Shown here piece after piece: positions 24,910 to 37,385 of a stretch of 64,000 nt of DNA. How positions within the stretch are numbered: position 1 is the stretch's first letter; the number at the start of each line of letters is the position of its first letter. This DNA comes from Narcine bancroftii. Its lineage: Eukaryota. The notes beneath the pieces are model-generated. The model was not told where the DNA came from and did not search any database. It saw only the letters and a list, made by a program, of their open reading frames with translations. Both the position numbers and the translations under genes were made by a program. Where the stretch lies: positions 349,618,001 to 349,682,000 of the forward strand of contig NC_091471.1 in NCBI RefSeq assembly GCF_036971445.1. Direction: 5' to 3'.

Positions 24910-25023
24910 ATGGCCCCCCCTGGAGCACCAACGCAGCCACAGCAGCAGCCACAGCCGCAGCCACCACCACCGCAGATTCAGCAGGCACCGGGCTCCGAGG
25001 CACAGCTCATCTCGTTCGACTGA
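24910..25023 (+). CDS. HGS: HGS last coding exon: MAPPGAPTQPQQQPQPQPPPPQIQQAPGSEAQLISFD* (clathrin box)
   Basis: ccacag acceptor. Ends in the Hrs C-terminus EAQLISFD, with TGA at 25021-25023. Confidence 0.96.
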   Translation: MAPPGAPTQPQQQPQPQPPPPQIQQAPGSEAQLISFD

Positions 25024-25459
25024 CTGTCCCGCTGTGGGTGGAGGGGGTTGGAAGAGGGAGTGGCACCCTCACACTGGGGCTGCCTTCATGCTGCCAGTTA
25101 ACCATTGGAGGGGAGCAGACATTGGTTCTGTGTGTCGCTACATGGTGCATTAACGTTGCTTCTCGCTCATTGTTAGAAGCTTGGATCCTGCCTAATTAGT
25201 TCCAACTGCACTACAGGTCTCCTGTCAAAACCAAGCTTGCTCTCTTTTCAGCCACACACTTTCATGCACTGGGAGTGTCCCTCAGACGGCAACCACGCTG
25301 GAGGGGGAAACCTGCTCAGACTGTGTTTCCTTGGGAATTGATTCACTTCTTCCTGCCTGTCTTTCCAAGTTTTCCTGTCCCGAGTCCTGCTTGAGTCGCT
25401 CATAGAAAGGTGGCAGACCAAGGTGGTGAATGGAGGCTGAACTCCACCACCCATTCACA

Positions 25460-26250
25460 CGATTGCTCTCTTCCCCCCCACCTCCCTGGCTGCTCCCTCA
25501 ACACCCCGACACTCTCTCGCCCCCCCCCCATCTCCCCGGCCACTCTCTCCCCCACACCTCCATGGCCGCTCTCTTGCCCCCCCCCCCCTTCCACTTCCCC
25601 AGTCACACTCTTTCCACCCCCCCCCCACTTCCCCGGACGCTCTTTTACCCCCTCTTCCCTGGCCGTGCTCTCTCCCCCCATGTCCCCAACCACTCTCTCT
25701 CCCTCCATGACCCCGACCGCTCTTTCTCCCCCTATATCTCCAACTGCTCTCTCCCCCCATGTCCCCCACCGCTCTCTCCCCCCATGTCCCCGACCGCTCT
25801 CTCCCCCCATGTCCCCGACCGCTCTCTCTCCCCCCATGTCCCCGACCGCTCTCTCTCCCCCCATGTCCCCGACCACTCTCTCTCCCCCCATGTCCCCGAC
25901 CACTCTCTCTCCCTCCATGACCCCGACCGCGCTCTCTCCCCCTATATCTCCAACTGCTCTCTCCCCCCGTCCCCGACCGCTCTCTCTCCCCCATGTCCCC
26001 GACCGCGCTCTCCCCCCATGTCCCCGACCGCTCTCTCCCCCCATGTCCCCGACCGCTCTCTCCCCCCATGTCCCCGACCGCTCTCTTACCCCTTCCCCTC
26101 AATCTCCCTGGCTGCTCTCTCTCTCCCCCAACTCTCTAGCTGCTCTTGCCCCACCCACTTGCTGTGCCCCTTCCCCCTGCTCATGTCCCCTCCCTTCTCG
26201 CTCTCTCACCCCCATCCACCGCTCATGCCCCCCACTCGTTCTCTCTCACA
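25460..26250 (+). repeat. C-rich minisatellite (CTCTCTCCCCCCATGTCCCCGACCG-like units) in the HGS 3' UTR
   Basis: Read directly from the sequence. It lies between the stop codon and the candidate AATAAA. Confidence 0.9.
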
Positions 26251-27640
26251 CCTCCTAGCAATCAACTTGGTCTTGGTCTTTACACAGTAAAGAACAAGAT
26301 GATTCTTCCTTTCCACCAGCCCATCCATTCCCATGTCCTCTTCCCAGCACAGCAGCACATTCCGTTTCCTGTGAACCATACCTGCTGGGATCACTGTATG
26401 ATTTCCCAACCCTGTGACAACCAGACTGTCAGCTCCAATCTCTCTGATCCACTTGTACCTCCTGCCACTCTGAGAATAGAGGAAGGCAGCAAAGCTGCCA
26501 GCTTATTGCCTGCTGATTAACAAGCTGCAACAGTGCCTTGTTCAAGGAGGGCAGTATCTCATTGAGTGAACACCTTGTGTGCAACACTGGATATGTGATC
26601 AATTCAGGGACACTGATTTGCATATGGCAAACCACAAGTTGTTCGCTGTTTCACTCTAGAAGACACACCTTCCTTTACTGAATCATTGCTGCAGCTCGCT
26701 AATCAGGCACTCTCTGGGCTTTACCACCATGAATCTGTTGGGGAAACTTGTCAGCATTGAATGGCATGTTCAGAATTCTTCCTTCTGTACATTCTTTGTC
26801 CTGGTGGAGTTCCTGTGCCTCAAACACTGTAAATGGCTGATTCACCACAGTGGAAACCCTGAAAGACAGCACTCTGAGTGCACCCTATGTCCTTTGGTAC
26901 AATGCCTGCCAATCCTCAGGCTGTCATCCAGAGGCTTTGCTGAGTACACTGCTGGTTTCTCAACTGTGTTCTTTTCTAAAGCTGAAAGCAGATGCTTTTA
27001 TGATCTTGGTCTAGTTATCAGTGACGACAGAGTGACCATGACCATTGGTGCTGGTTATTTCCAAACACCTTGAGAGCCTCTACCTTAAACTGCACATTGA
27101 TCCAAACTGAACAAATCAATCACCTGGACAGCAACACAACCCTTTCACCTAAATAATGGGTATAATCTGCTATGTAGAGCAACTGCTTCTTCTCCCTTCA
27201 GGAGCCACAGTGGAAATGAATGATCTCTGTGATCTGTCACTACATTGCAACTGGGTTTTGTCTAATAAGGCTTAATTGATTATGATAATCCATGGAGCTG
27301 ATTGTTTATTGTTACTGACCCTGTGGTATATATTCATGTTCTTTACAGTAGAGAAGCTAAAATTCTAATTTAAAGAACTCTTGGCTTCAGTAAAAACAGT
27401 GTGCATGTTTAAAGCTGGAAAACTATTCATTTGTAAAATAATAGTTTGCAGGAGAATTTGAATTGCCTGTGTTTTGGGGAAATGGCTAGTTATCCTGCTG
27501 TCAATAAGACATTTAACACGCATGTTCTGTTATTACTCAAGATGAACGCCTCCTGTGTGTTACTTCTCATTTTCTGTTGAGCACCTTGTTGTTTGTTAAG
27601 CTTTGATCTTTTTTCCAACTAATTTTAAAAACCTATGTTT

Positions 27641-27646
27641 AATAAA
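27641..27646 (+). terminator. Probable HGS polyadenylation signal (AATAAA), implying a 3' UTR of about 2.6 kb
   Basis: AATAAA in U-rich context, followed by GT-rich sequence (ggtgtttaaactgtgtgagttttg). Transposon-derived DNA resumes shortly downstream. Confidence 0.55.
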
Positions 27647-27879
27647 TTTTCTTCAAATGAGGTGTTTAAACTGTGTGAGTTTTGACGAGGAACACAAAAG
27701 TGAATTGGGTAAATATTTGGGGAGTGAGTAACTTACAAGAAAATTAAAGTCCAGTTCATTTCATGATACGTTTTGTTCAAGACTCCAGCGTCTGCATTTT
27801 CGTGTGTCGGCTATGTCATTTGGATATTCAGGAAGAATGGTGGTACTAGATAGAAGTAATAGTCAATGGTGCAAATATT

Positions 27880-30800
27880 AACTTTCAGGTCATGGGAACG
27901 GTTTGCATCTGAACTGGAAGAGGACTAATATCCTAGTGCTGTTCCGGTGGGTTTAAACTAGATTTGCAGGGGGAGCGGATCCAGAGTGGCAGAGCAGATA
28001 AGGTGTGAAAGAGGAAAAAGATGTTAAAATTGTATGCACTGTGAGAAATTAACGGGTTGTACGTGGTGGAATTATTCTAGGTGCATCTATTTCAATGCAA
28101 GGAGTTTTGTAGGAAAGGCAGACGAGCTTGGAGAGTGGATTGGCACGTGGAAATATGACATTGTTGCCATTGGTGAAACTTGGTTGCAGGAGGGGCAGGA
28201 CTGACAGCTCAATGTTCCAGGCTTCCGTTGCATTAGATACACAGAACAGGGAGGGTGGGATGGGGGGAGAGGAGTGGCATTGCTCAGGCAGGACAGACCA
28301 GAGGGCTCGTCTACTGAGGCTATATAGGTGGAGCTGAAGAACAGAAAAGGTGTGACTACATTCGTAGGGCTGTATTATAGACCACCCAATAGTTGGCGAG
28401 AATTGGAGGAGCAAATCTGTAGAGATAGCAGACAGCTGCAGGAAACACAAGGTTGTGATAGTAGGGGATTTTAATTTTCCATATATTGACTGGGACTCTT
28501 GAAAAAGGGCTGGATGGCTTGGAGTTTGTAAATGTGTTGAGGTAAGTTTTCTAAATCAATATATAGAGTTACCAACGAGAAAGAGCACATTTATAAATCA
28601 AAGCATAGAATATAGGAGCTGGGAGGTGATGTTGCAACTGTTCAAGGCATTGGTGAGGCCAAGTTTGGAGTATTGTGTGCAGATCTGGTCCCCAAATTAT
28701 AGGAAGGATATCAATAAGGTAGAGAGGGTACAGAGAAGATGTACTAAAATGTTGCCTGGATTTCAGTATTTGGAATACAAAGAAAGATTGAATAGACTGT
28801 GTCTCTATTCTAGAAGGTTGAGGGGGGATTTGATAGAGGTATATAAAATAATGAGGGGGATAGATAGAGTAGATGTGAATAGGCTCTTCCCCTTGAAGAT
28901 AGGTGAGATTGGAATGAGGGGTCATAAGTTGAGGGTTAGGGGGCAGAAATTATGAAGTAACATAAGAGGGAGCTTCTTCACTCAGAGGGCGGTGGCTGAG
29001 TGGAATGACCTTCCAGAAGAGGTGGTTGCAGCAGGGTCAATTTTGTCATTTAAGAGAGGGTTGGATGAGATGTGAGGGGACTGGTGGGTTATGGAGAGGG
29101 AGCAGGTAGGTGGGACTAGTAGAGTTCACTTAAATTGGTGCTGACTAGAGGGGTCATAATGGCCTGTTTCCGTACTGTAATTGTTATATGGTTAATTCTG
29201 GATGTTTGACACCTCGCTGTCAAAAGACAAAGGAGGAAAAACCCAACCCCAACCAACCAATTTTCCCTTGCAACTGCTGTAACCGTGTCTGCCTGTCCCG
29301 CATCGGACTTGTCAGCCACAAACGAGCCTGCAGCTGACGTGGACATTACCCCTCCATAAATCTTCGTCCGCGAAGCCAAGCCAAAGAAAAGAAAAGAATT
29401 CTGGATGTCCTATTAGGGAACGAGACAGCACAGGTGACAGAGTTGTGTGTCGGGCAATATTTTTGGGTCCAGTGATCATAATGCCATTAGTTTCAACTTA
29501 ATTATAGAGAAGGATAGTTTGGGCCTTGCATTGAGATTCTAACTTGGAGAAAGACTAATTGTGAGCAAATGAGAAAGAATCTAGAATGCGTGGATTGGGA
29601 TAAGTTGTTTTCCGGCAAGGATGTGCGAGGTAAATGGAGGACCTTCAAAGGTGAAATTTTGAGAGTACAGAGTTTGTATGTTCCTGTCAGGATCAAACGC
29701 AAGTTTAGAAGGCATAAGGAACCTTGGTTTTCGAGGGATATTGGGGATTTGGTTCGGAAGGTGTACAATAGGTATTGGCAACACAGAGCAAATGAAGTAC
29801 TTGAGGAATATAAAAAATGCAAGAAAAACCTCAAGAAAAATCAGGAAGATAAAAATAAGACATTAAGTTGTTTTGGCAGACAATATGAAGGAAAATTCTA
29901 AGTTTCTATAGGTATATTAAGAGCAAAAGGATAATGTGATAAAGTGGACAAAATTGGTCCCCTTGAAGATCAGAAATAGACAACTTTGTATGGAGCCAAA
30001 AGAGATGGGAGAGAACTTGAATGTTTTAAATCAATATTCACTCAGGAAAAGGGCAGAGATTCAAGGGATGTAAGGAATACAAGCAGTGAGATAATGGAAC
30101 CTATATAGATTAGAGGAGGAACTGCTTGCTGACTTAAATAAGGGTGGATAAATCCCCAGGGCCTGACAAGATATTCTCTCAAACCTTGAGGAACTCTAAT
30201 TTAGAAATTGCAGGGGCTCTGGCAGAAATGTTTAAAATATCCTTAGCCATGGGTGCGGTGCCAATGCTCATGTTGTTCTGCTGTTTATAAAGCTCCAAAA
30301 GTAACCCTGGAAATTTAGGACAGAGCCTGACGTCAGTAGTAGGTAAATTATTGGAAGATATTCTAAGAGATCAGATATACAAGCCAGAAACTAATTAGGG
30401 AGAGTCGACATGGCTTTGTGCAAGGCTAGACAGGAGAAGCCAGAGTAGTGGTTGATGATTGCATCTCAGAATGGAGGCCTGTGCCTCAGGGATTAATATT
30501 GGAACCACTGTTGTTTATCACCCGGATCATTGATATAGATGATAATGTGATAAAGTGGATCAGCAGGTTTGTATATAACACTAAGATTGGAGGTGTTTGT
30601 GGACAGCGAAAAAGTTTTCAAAGCTTGCAGAGGGATCTCAGCTGGAAAAATGGTCTAAAAATAGCAGATGGAATTTAATGCAGACCAAGTGAGAGGTGTT
30701 GCATTTTGGAAGGATAAACCAAGAAACTACTTACACAGTAAATGGTAGGGCACTAAGGAGTGTGGTAGAGCAGAGGGATCTGGGAATACATATACATAAA

Positions 30801-31080
30801 TCCCTGAAAGTGGCATCACAGGTGGATAGGCTTGTAAAGAGTTTTTTTGCATATTGGCCTTCATAAATCAAAATATTGAGTACAGGAGTTGGGATGTACA
30901 TTAATAGTTATAAGATATTGGTGAGGCCAAATTTGGAGTATTGAATGCAGTTTTGGTCACCTAACTACAAGAAAGATATAAGAAAGAAAGTGTGCAGAGA
31001 AGATTTACTAGGATGTTGACCAGGAATGGACATTTGATAGAAGTATTTAAAATTATGAGGGGGATAGACTGAGTAAATGT
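27880..31080 (+). mobile_element. Composite CR1 cluster: a decayed ORF2 (EN through RT) interrupted by a second CR1 3' fragment (about 28590-29193) and an RTE fragment
   Basis: EN remnants at 28080-28590 (YFNARS, ETWL, VGDFNF). 'LVRPSLEYCVQIWSP' in ORF 28626..28955. RT remnants at 30140-31060. Confidence 0.8.
29206..29396 (+). mobile_element. Short RTE 3' fragment with 12-bp TSD AATTCTGGATGT, inserted in a CR1 LINE
   Basis: Has the RTE 3' end (cgaagccaagccaaagaaaagaaaag). TSD at 29194-29205 and 29397-29408. Confidence 0.88.
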
Positions 31081-31439
31081 GCTACACCTCTCTGGCAGCC
31101 ACGGTACAGAGGACCGTATTTGTATCAATAAGATGAACCTGCCGCTGTACAATGGAGTTGGAGTGTGTTAATGATACTTATCCTCCCCCCCACCCCAGCT
31201 CTCCCACTATTTCATACAGCCTATCAACACTAATCCCATTGCCTGCATTGGGCACGTATCTCATGGCATCTTTCCCATGCAAATACCTGTCCAAATGCCT
31301 TTTAACATGAGAACTGTACCTGCCTTTGCCATCATGTGTGGCGGCAGCTTCTATATAATCCACATTCTATGAGAGAAAACCTATCCCTCAGGTCCCCAGT
31401 ACGTTTCACCCATCTCACCTTAAGCTTGTGCCTTCTGTA

Positions 31440-32889
31440 CCCCGAGCCCCCACCCCTTCCCCTCTCCAGGCACTAGCCCCTTCCAGGCACCAGCCCCTTC
31501 CACCAACCCACCTTCCAGACACCAGTTCCATCCACCCCCACCCCCACCCCCACCCCTTCCCAGGCACCAGCCCCTTTCCCACCTCCACCCAGGCACCAGC
31601 CCCTTTCTCTCCCCAGTTCCAGGCACCAGCCCCCCCCCCCCACCCAGGCACCAGCCCCCACCCCCCCCACCCAGGCACCAGCCCCCACCCCCCCCACCCA
31701 GGCACCAGCCCCCACCCCCCCCCACCCAGGCACCAGCCCCCACCCCCCCCACCCAGGCACCAGCCCCCACCCCCCCCACCCAGGCACCAGCCCCCACCCC
31801 CCCCACCCAGGCACCAGCCCCCACCCCCCCCACCCAGGCACCAGCCCCTTCATCCCCATCCCCACTTCCAGGCACCAGCCCCTCTCCCCACTACCCCCTT
31901 CCAGGCACCAGCCCCTCTCCCCACTACCCCCTTCCAGGCACCAGCCCCTCTCCCCACTACCCCCTTCCAGGCACCAGCCCCTCTCCCCACTACCCCCTTC
32001 CAGGCACCAGCCCCTTTCCCCCCCCTTCCAGGCACCAGCCCCTTTCCCCCCCCTTCCAGGCACCAGCCCCTTCCCCCCCCCCCCTTCTAGGCACCAGCCC
32101 CTTCCCCCCCCCCTTCTAGGCACCAGCCCCTTCCCCCCCCCTTCTAGGCACCAGCCCCTTCCCCCCCCCCTTCTAGGCACCAGCCCCTTCCCCCCCCCCT
32201 TCTAGGCACCAGCCCCTTCCCCCCCCCCTTCTAGGCACCAGCCCCTTCCCCCCCACTTCCAGGCACCAGCCCTTCCCCCCCCCTTCCAGGCACCAGCCCC
32301 TTTCTCCCCCCCCCCCTCTAGGCACCAGCCCTTCCCCCCCCCCCTTCCAGGCACCAGCCCCTTCCTCCCCACCCCCCTTCCAGGCACCAGCCCCTTCCCC
32401 CCCCCTTCTAGGCACCAGCCCTCCCCCCCCCCCCTCCTTCCAGGCACCAGCCCTCCCCCCCCACCCTTCCAGGCACCAGCCCCTTCCTCCCCACCCCCCT
32501 TCCAGGCACCAGCCCCTTCCTCCCCACCCCCCTTCCAGGCACCAGCCCCTTCCTCTCCACCCCCCTTCCAGGCACCAGCCCCTTCCCCCCCACCCCCACC
32601 CCGGCACCAGCCCCTTCCCCCCCACCCCCTTCCCCCCCACCCCCTTCCCCCCACCCCCTTCCCCCCCACCCCCTTCCCCCCCACCCCCTTCCCCCCCACC
32701 CCCTTCCCCCCCACCCCCTTCCCCCCCACCCCCTTCCCCCCCACCCCCTTCCCCCCCACCCCCTTCCCCCCCACCCCCTTCCCCCCCACCCCCTTCCCCC
32801 CCACCCCCTTCCCCCCCACCCCCTTCCCCCCCACCCCCTTCCCCCCCACCCCCTTCCCCCCCACCCCCTTCCCCCCCACCCCCTTCCCC
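31440..32889 (+). repeat. C-rich compound minisatellite (CCAGGCACCAGCCCC core), ending in about 18 near-perfect 15-bp CCCCCTTCCCCCCCA units just upstream of MRPL12
   Basis: Read directly from the sequence. Confidence 0.93.
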
Positions 32890-33012
32890 TGGTCTGCACG
32901 GGCCGACAGTCCTCGCTGCTCGTGTCGATAAAGTTTTGTTGTGGCGCGCTGCCTGCCGGGAGGTGAGGATTGGAGGTCACCGACTGGCCCATGTGTTTCC
33001 GCAGATACCGGG

Positions 33013-33065
33013 ATGATGCTTGCGGCGCTGGGGAGAGTTGCCGGCCCAGCGCGGGGCCTGTTCAG
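33013..33065 (+). CDS. MRPL12: MRPL12 exon 1, mitochondrial presequence MMLAALGRVAGPARGLF(R)
   Basis: In a CpG-rich island (about 32890-33250). Arg/Ala/Leu-rich peptide with no acidic residues. ag|gtaccg donor, phase 2, compatible with exon 2. Confidence 0.85.
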
Positions 33066-33359
33066 GTACCGGGTCACTCCGAGGGTCCCCGGCCAGCCCG
33101 GGGCTCGGGCCGCCGCTCCACGCTGCTCCCTCAGCCCCTGCCGGTGGCAGAGAAAGGGGATGGGGAAGGAGGCCGCAGGTCCGCGGATTCCCCCCCCCCC
33201 CACCCCCACCGTCTCGCCCCGTCCCCCTCCCTTTCCTCGCCCCGTCCCCATCACTGACACCCCCACCCTAATCTCTGCCAGTCTCTTCTCCCCTTTCTCA
33301 GTCCTCATACCCCTCCTCTCTCTCTCTTCCTTCCTTCTCCCACCCCGGCCTCCACTGTA

Positions 33360-34890
33360 ATTCGCCGCCTCCTCCTTCATCCACTTTGCCTCCAACTTCC
33401 ATCCTGACCTCATATTCACTTGGTCCATCTCTAGCAACACTCTCCCTTTCCTCTCTCTGTCTCCATCTTGGGAAACAAACTCTTGATATACATCTTCTAC
33501 AACTCCACCAACTCCTGCAGCTACCTCGACTACACCACTTCCCACCCTGTCCTCTGGAAGGATTTCAGTCTATTCTCTCAATTCCTCTATCTCCATCACA
33601 TCAGCACCCAGGATGAAGCCTTTCATGCCAGAGCATCAGAGATGTCCTCCTAACAATGTGGCTTTCCCTCTACCACCATCAACTCAGCATTCACCTGCAT
33701 GTTAACCATTACCCACACATCTGCCCTGGCCCTCTGTGTCCCCATACACAACAAGAAAAGGGCCGCATCCAATACATCCTCCACCTTTTCTGCCACCTAC
33801 TATGTGATACCACCACCAGACACATCTTCTGCACTCCTCTTTTCGTCTTCTGCAAGGACCACTCTCTTCATCAGTCCCTTGTTTACTCCTCCCTCCCCAC
33901 CAATTGTCACCTTGGCACCTCATCCTGTGACAGGAGATGCTCACTTATGCCCATACCTCCTCCCTCACTACAGTTCAGTGCCCCAAACAGTCCTTCCAAG
34001 TGGAGGTACAGGGGTGAATGCAGAGGTCATATACTGCATCCGTTACTCCCATTGTGGTCTCCTCTACATTAGAGAGACTGGGCACAGGTTGGGACATCGC
34101 TTTGTTGAGCACCTTGACCCTGTCTGCTGCAATAGCATGGCCACCTATTTCAATTCCCCATCTAATTTGCTTGCAGACAATTCTGTCCATGGTAACATGC
34201 ACCGCCAGAATGAGACCATCCACAAATTGGAGGAACAACACCTCATCTTCTGTCTGGACATCCTCCAACATTAACATTGACTTCTCTGGTTTGCATTAAC
34301 CACCACCACCCCACCCCTCAGCTTCTTCCCTCTAATTCTGTCTTTCTCTAGCCACTTTTAGGTGGCCAGAATACCCCAACGTAAAGCCGCCTAAAATACC
34401 CGAATGCGGCTGTTGGGAGGCCATCTGAAAGTGGAGAACCCTGATCCAAGGTGTACTTAACCTAACCCTCCTCGGGTAGGTGTATTCTCCACTTCCGAGC
34501 GCGCCCCCTAGGCACCTGAAAGTGGGCAGAACTATGGCCAAAGCCATCTGAAAGTCGCTTCGCACACATCCGTAGCCAGCTCCAGAGCCACATTCTTCCA
34601 GCTATTCTACCTGAAAGCAACTTCTCTCTCCCCTTTTCCCCTCTGTCTCCTTTCACAAAATCAATTCTGACCTTTCCTCTTATCATATCCAATTAACACC
34701 TCCCCCTCCTATTCTCCCTTTCTTTCTCAAGCTTTATTGAGGTGTGTGCCTGCTTTTTACTTGAAAAAGGGCTCAGGCCTGAAATATCTTTACCTCCGAT
34801 GGATGATGCGAGTCCAGCTGAGTTCCTCCAGCATTTCAGTGTGTGTTTATTACAGTCACAGCACCTACAGACTTTTGTGTTTCACTCTTC
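33360..34890 (+). mobile_element. Decayed Penelope-like element (RT C-terminus, GIY-YIG endonuclease and terminal repeat) in MRPL12 intron 1
   Basis: ORF 33699..34274 ends 'VIYCIRYSHCGLLYIRETGHRLGHRFVEHL...YFNSP...KLEEQHLIFCL', a PLE GIY-YIG with CCHH-like residues. Upstream RT remnant 'SYLDYTTSHP'. Confidence 0.85.
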
Positions 34891-35387
34891 CCAAACCCAT
34901 TCCCCGCCTCCTGGCTCCCCACCTCCGGCACCTGGCTGCCTGCTCCTGCCTCTTGGCTCTCCCACTTCTGCCTCCTGGCTCTCCCTAACCCCCCCAACCC
35001 ATATCCTGGCTCCTGCTTCAAGAATACACTTTAATTGATCATTTGTTATGACAATATGCCATCATTCTCTCAGTTAAGAGTGTGGTCACCTTGCTGCTGT
35101 TATTGCAGCAAACGTTTTGGGAAGGACAAATTTTAAAATCAGGAAATGTGAAACAAAATTAGAAAATCAGGAAACTCAGCCAATCGTGCAGAATCTATAG
35201 AAAGAACCATAGTTGATATTTCACATTCAAGAGCTTTGTCCCTTATATCTGGGATCTACCCTGATTCTCTTTCCACATTTTCAGATTTTGTTTTCAGAGT
35301 TGTGTTTTCTGCAGAGTTGGTGTTTAAGCCACACTGGCCAACAGAACCTCCCATTGAACTTGTTCTTCCTTTCCAAATACGTGATAG

Positions 35388-35574
35388 GCGAGAGATGCAA
35401 ACCTTCTGTGCCCGGAGAGCGCTGAGGACCAGTACCTGCAAGTGTGAGGATACCTTGGCACCGCCGCCCCTCGACAACACTCCCAGGGTTTACTCGCCAA
35501 AGATAGAGCAGCTGGTGCAGGAAATAGCAAGCCTGACGCTTCTCGAAATCTCCGACCTGAATCAATTGCTCAAG
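35388..35574 (+). CDS. MRPL12: MRPL12 exon 2: [10 protein letters not shown]...[37 protein letters not shown]
   Basis: Within ORF 35236..35601. L7/L12 N-terminal dimerisation motif '[16 protein letters not shown]'. gatag acceptor (phase 2) and gtatgt donor. Confidence 0.93.
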
Positions 35575-37310
35575 GTATGTTGTTGCAAAGCACCAGTCTG
35601 ACCCTTCACTGATTTCAAGTGTTTTCTGAGCAAGAACATGTCAGGATGTAGCCCAGTGGATTCAGATGCAGCTTGCATTTTCAGTGTCTGTAGCATCTGA
35701 CCATGAGATTCAACCCATTCGCAAGGAAATGAAGTCCCTCCACTCACAAGATATTTTCAAATTAGAGTCTTCCCTTGGCTGACCTGCCACCTTCCCTCTG
35801 GATCCAGTTGTGTTCATTCTCACTTCTTCTCACATCTCAAGTTGTTCGTCCTGTTCACCCTCAATGCAGACCCACATTCTATTTTACCTCATAGTATCGG
35901 CAGTAATTTGCAACATAGACATACCACCATGGAAAAATTGTGACCCAAACTAATCTTCTGCTGTGAAGTCAAAATCTGTGGGTCACACAGCCTCAAATAA
36001 CTGGCAAAAAAATTGTAGAAAATAACTAGGTTAAAAATATGGGTTTAAAATTGGAGCACCTCACCGTTAGTTTGCCAATCGCATAACATGTGATCTTAAC
36101 TGGAAAATGAACTTATCTGGCATCTACAAATCCCCATAGGTGCTGGATACTGTTTTTTTTTTAACTGTATGTCTTATTTAACTCTCCCCTCAACTTCCTC
36201 TGGTATTAGAAAATAATCCAGGCTTCAGCAACTTTTTATTCCCTCTCTGACTGCTTTCCTCTATCTCCCTCATGGCCACTGTGACTGACTCGATGGCACC
36301 AAAAGCTATGTCTTATGGTGCCATCAAATATAGATTTGGTGGCCTTTATCATCTCCTTCCACGGGCACTGAGAATTCTGATCGACCAAATAATCAGCTCA
36401 TGAAATAATATTTATCTATCTGTAAATATGAATTCTTGTCCTGCATATATTGTTGGTCTGTATGTGTGTTGTGCCTGATTGTGTGTCTGCATGTTCTGCA
36501 CCAAGCACTGGAGAACACTGTTTTGTTGGGTTGTACTTGTGCAATGACAAGAAACTTGACTAAATACCGCTTCACATTGTCCATAAAGCAGGTTAGGGTG
36601 CCCTAAGGATGTGGGTAGGAGAGAAAAACAAGTTGCACAGATTGAGTAGGGAAATTAAGGCTTCTGGGGAACAGCCAGGAAGTCCACAGCCAGATCAACT
36701 GTGATCTTATGACTCCTGTGCTCCTATTTCCATGGTTCTTATTTTGGGAATCCAATGGGTTTCTACCACCACACCTGTCATCAACAGCAGTGCATGATAG
36801 TTCAAGGCAGAATTGTGGGAGAGAGGAAAATGCTGCAGGATGCTGTGAAATAAGGCAAGGCAGCAATAGGCTGCCTATACCGAGGACAAACTAAAACTGG
36901 ATGTAACATCTACAAGGGCACTCTGGGGAAGGTCCAAGTGTGGCTGAGCCCAGTGGCTGAATCTGGAAAACCCAAGGGACTATTTTTGTTCAAGAGCTGT
37001 ATATGATGCGAGCATTACATGAGGAAAATAATGAGGAATATTTTGCATTACATTTTAATTTTTGTGAATTGGGTATATTTTTTGAAATTTAAATAAAAGG
37101 TGCAGTGTAGTTGATCTTGTCCCTTCCTCAGTCCAGGTGAATCAAGCTAGTAACGGCAGAGTTGATGCACCTTACTTTTCCTGGATGGGGCATCTGTTTG
37201 GAAGTGGAGGGCTGATTTCCTCCCCCCACCTGTCTGTTATCTGCTATTGGCGATGTTGCTGCTTCCTGTGAATTCTTTGACTCTTGTTTAAAACGCTTGT
37301 GTCCCTGCAG

Positions 37311-37385
37311 AAAACACTTAAAATTCAGGATGTTGGGCTGATGCCAATGTCTGGAATGATGGCAGCTGCTCCACCTGCCACCCAG
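37311..37385 (+). CDS. MRPL12: MRPL12 exon 3: KTLKIQDVGLMPMSGMMAAAPPATQ
   Basis: ctgcag acceptor and gtaagg donor; hinge region. Confidence 0.94.

Noticed and set aside
25400-26290. Long Pro/Ser-rich and Gly-rich ORFs (214-286 aa) on both strands
   Set aside because: They are stop-free only because of the C-rich repeat. They are open in several frames and show no domain or splice support.
31415-33545. Extensin-like, collagen-like or RGG-like ORFs up to 447 aa
   Set aside because: These are artefacts of the C-rich minisatellite. The only credible coding part is MRPL12 exon 1.
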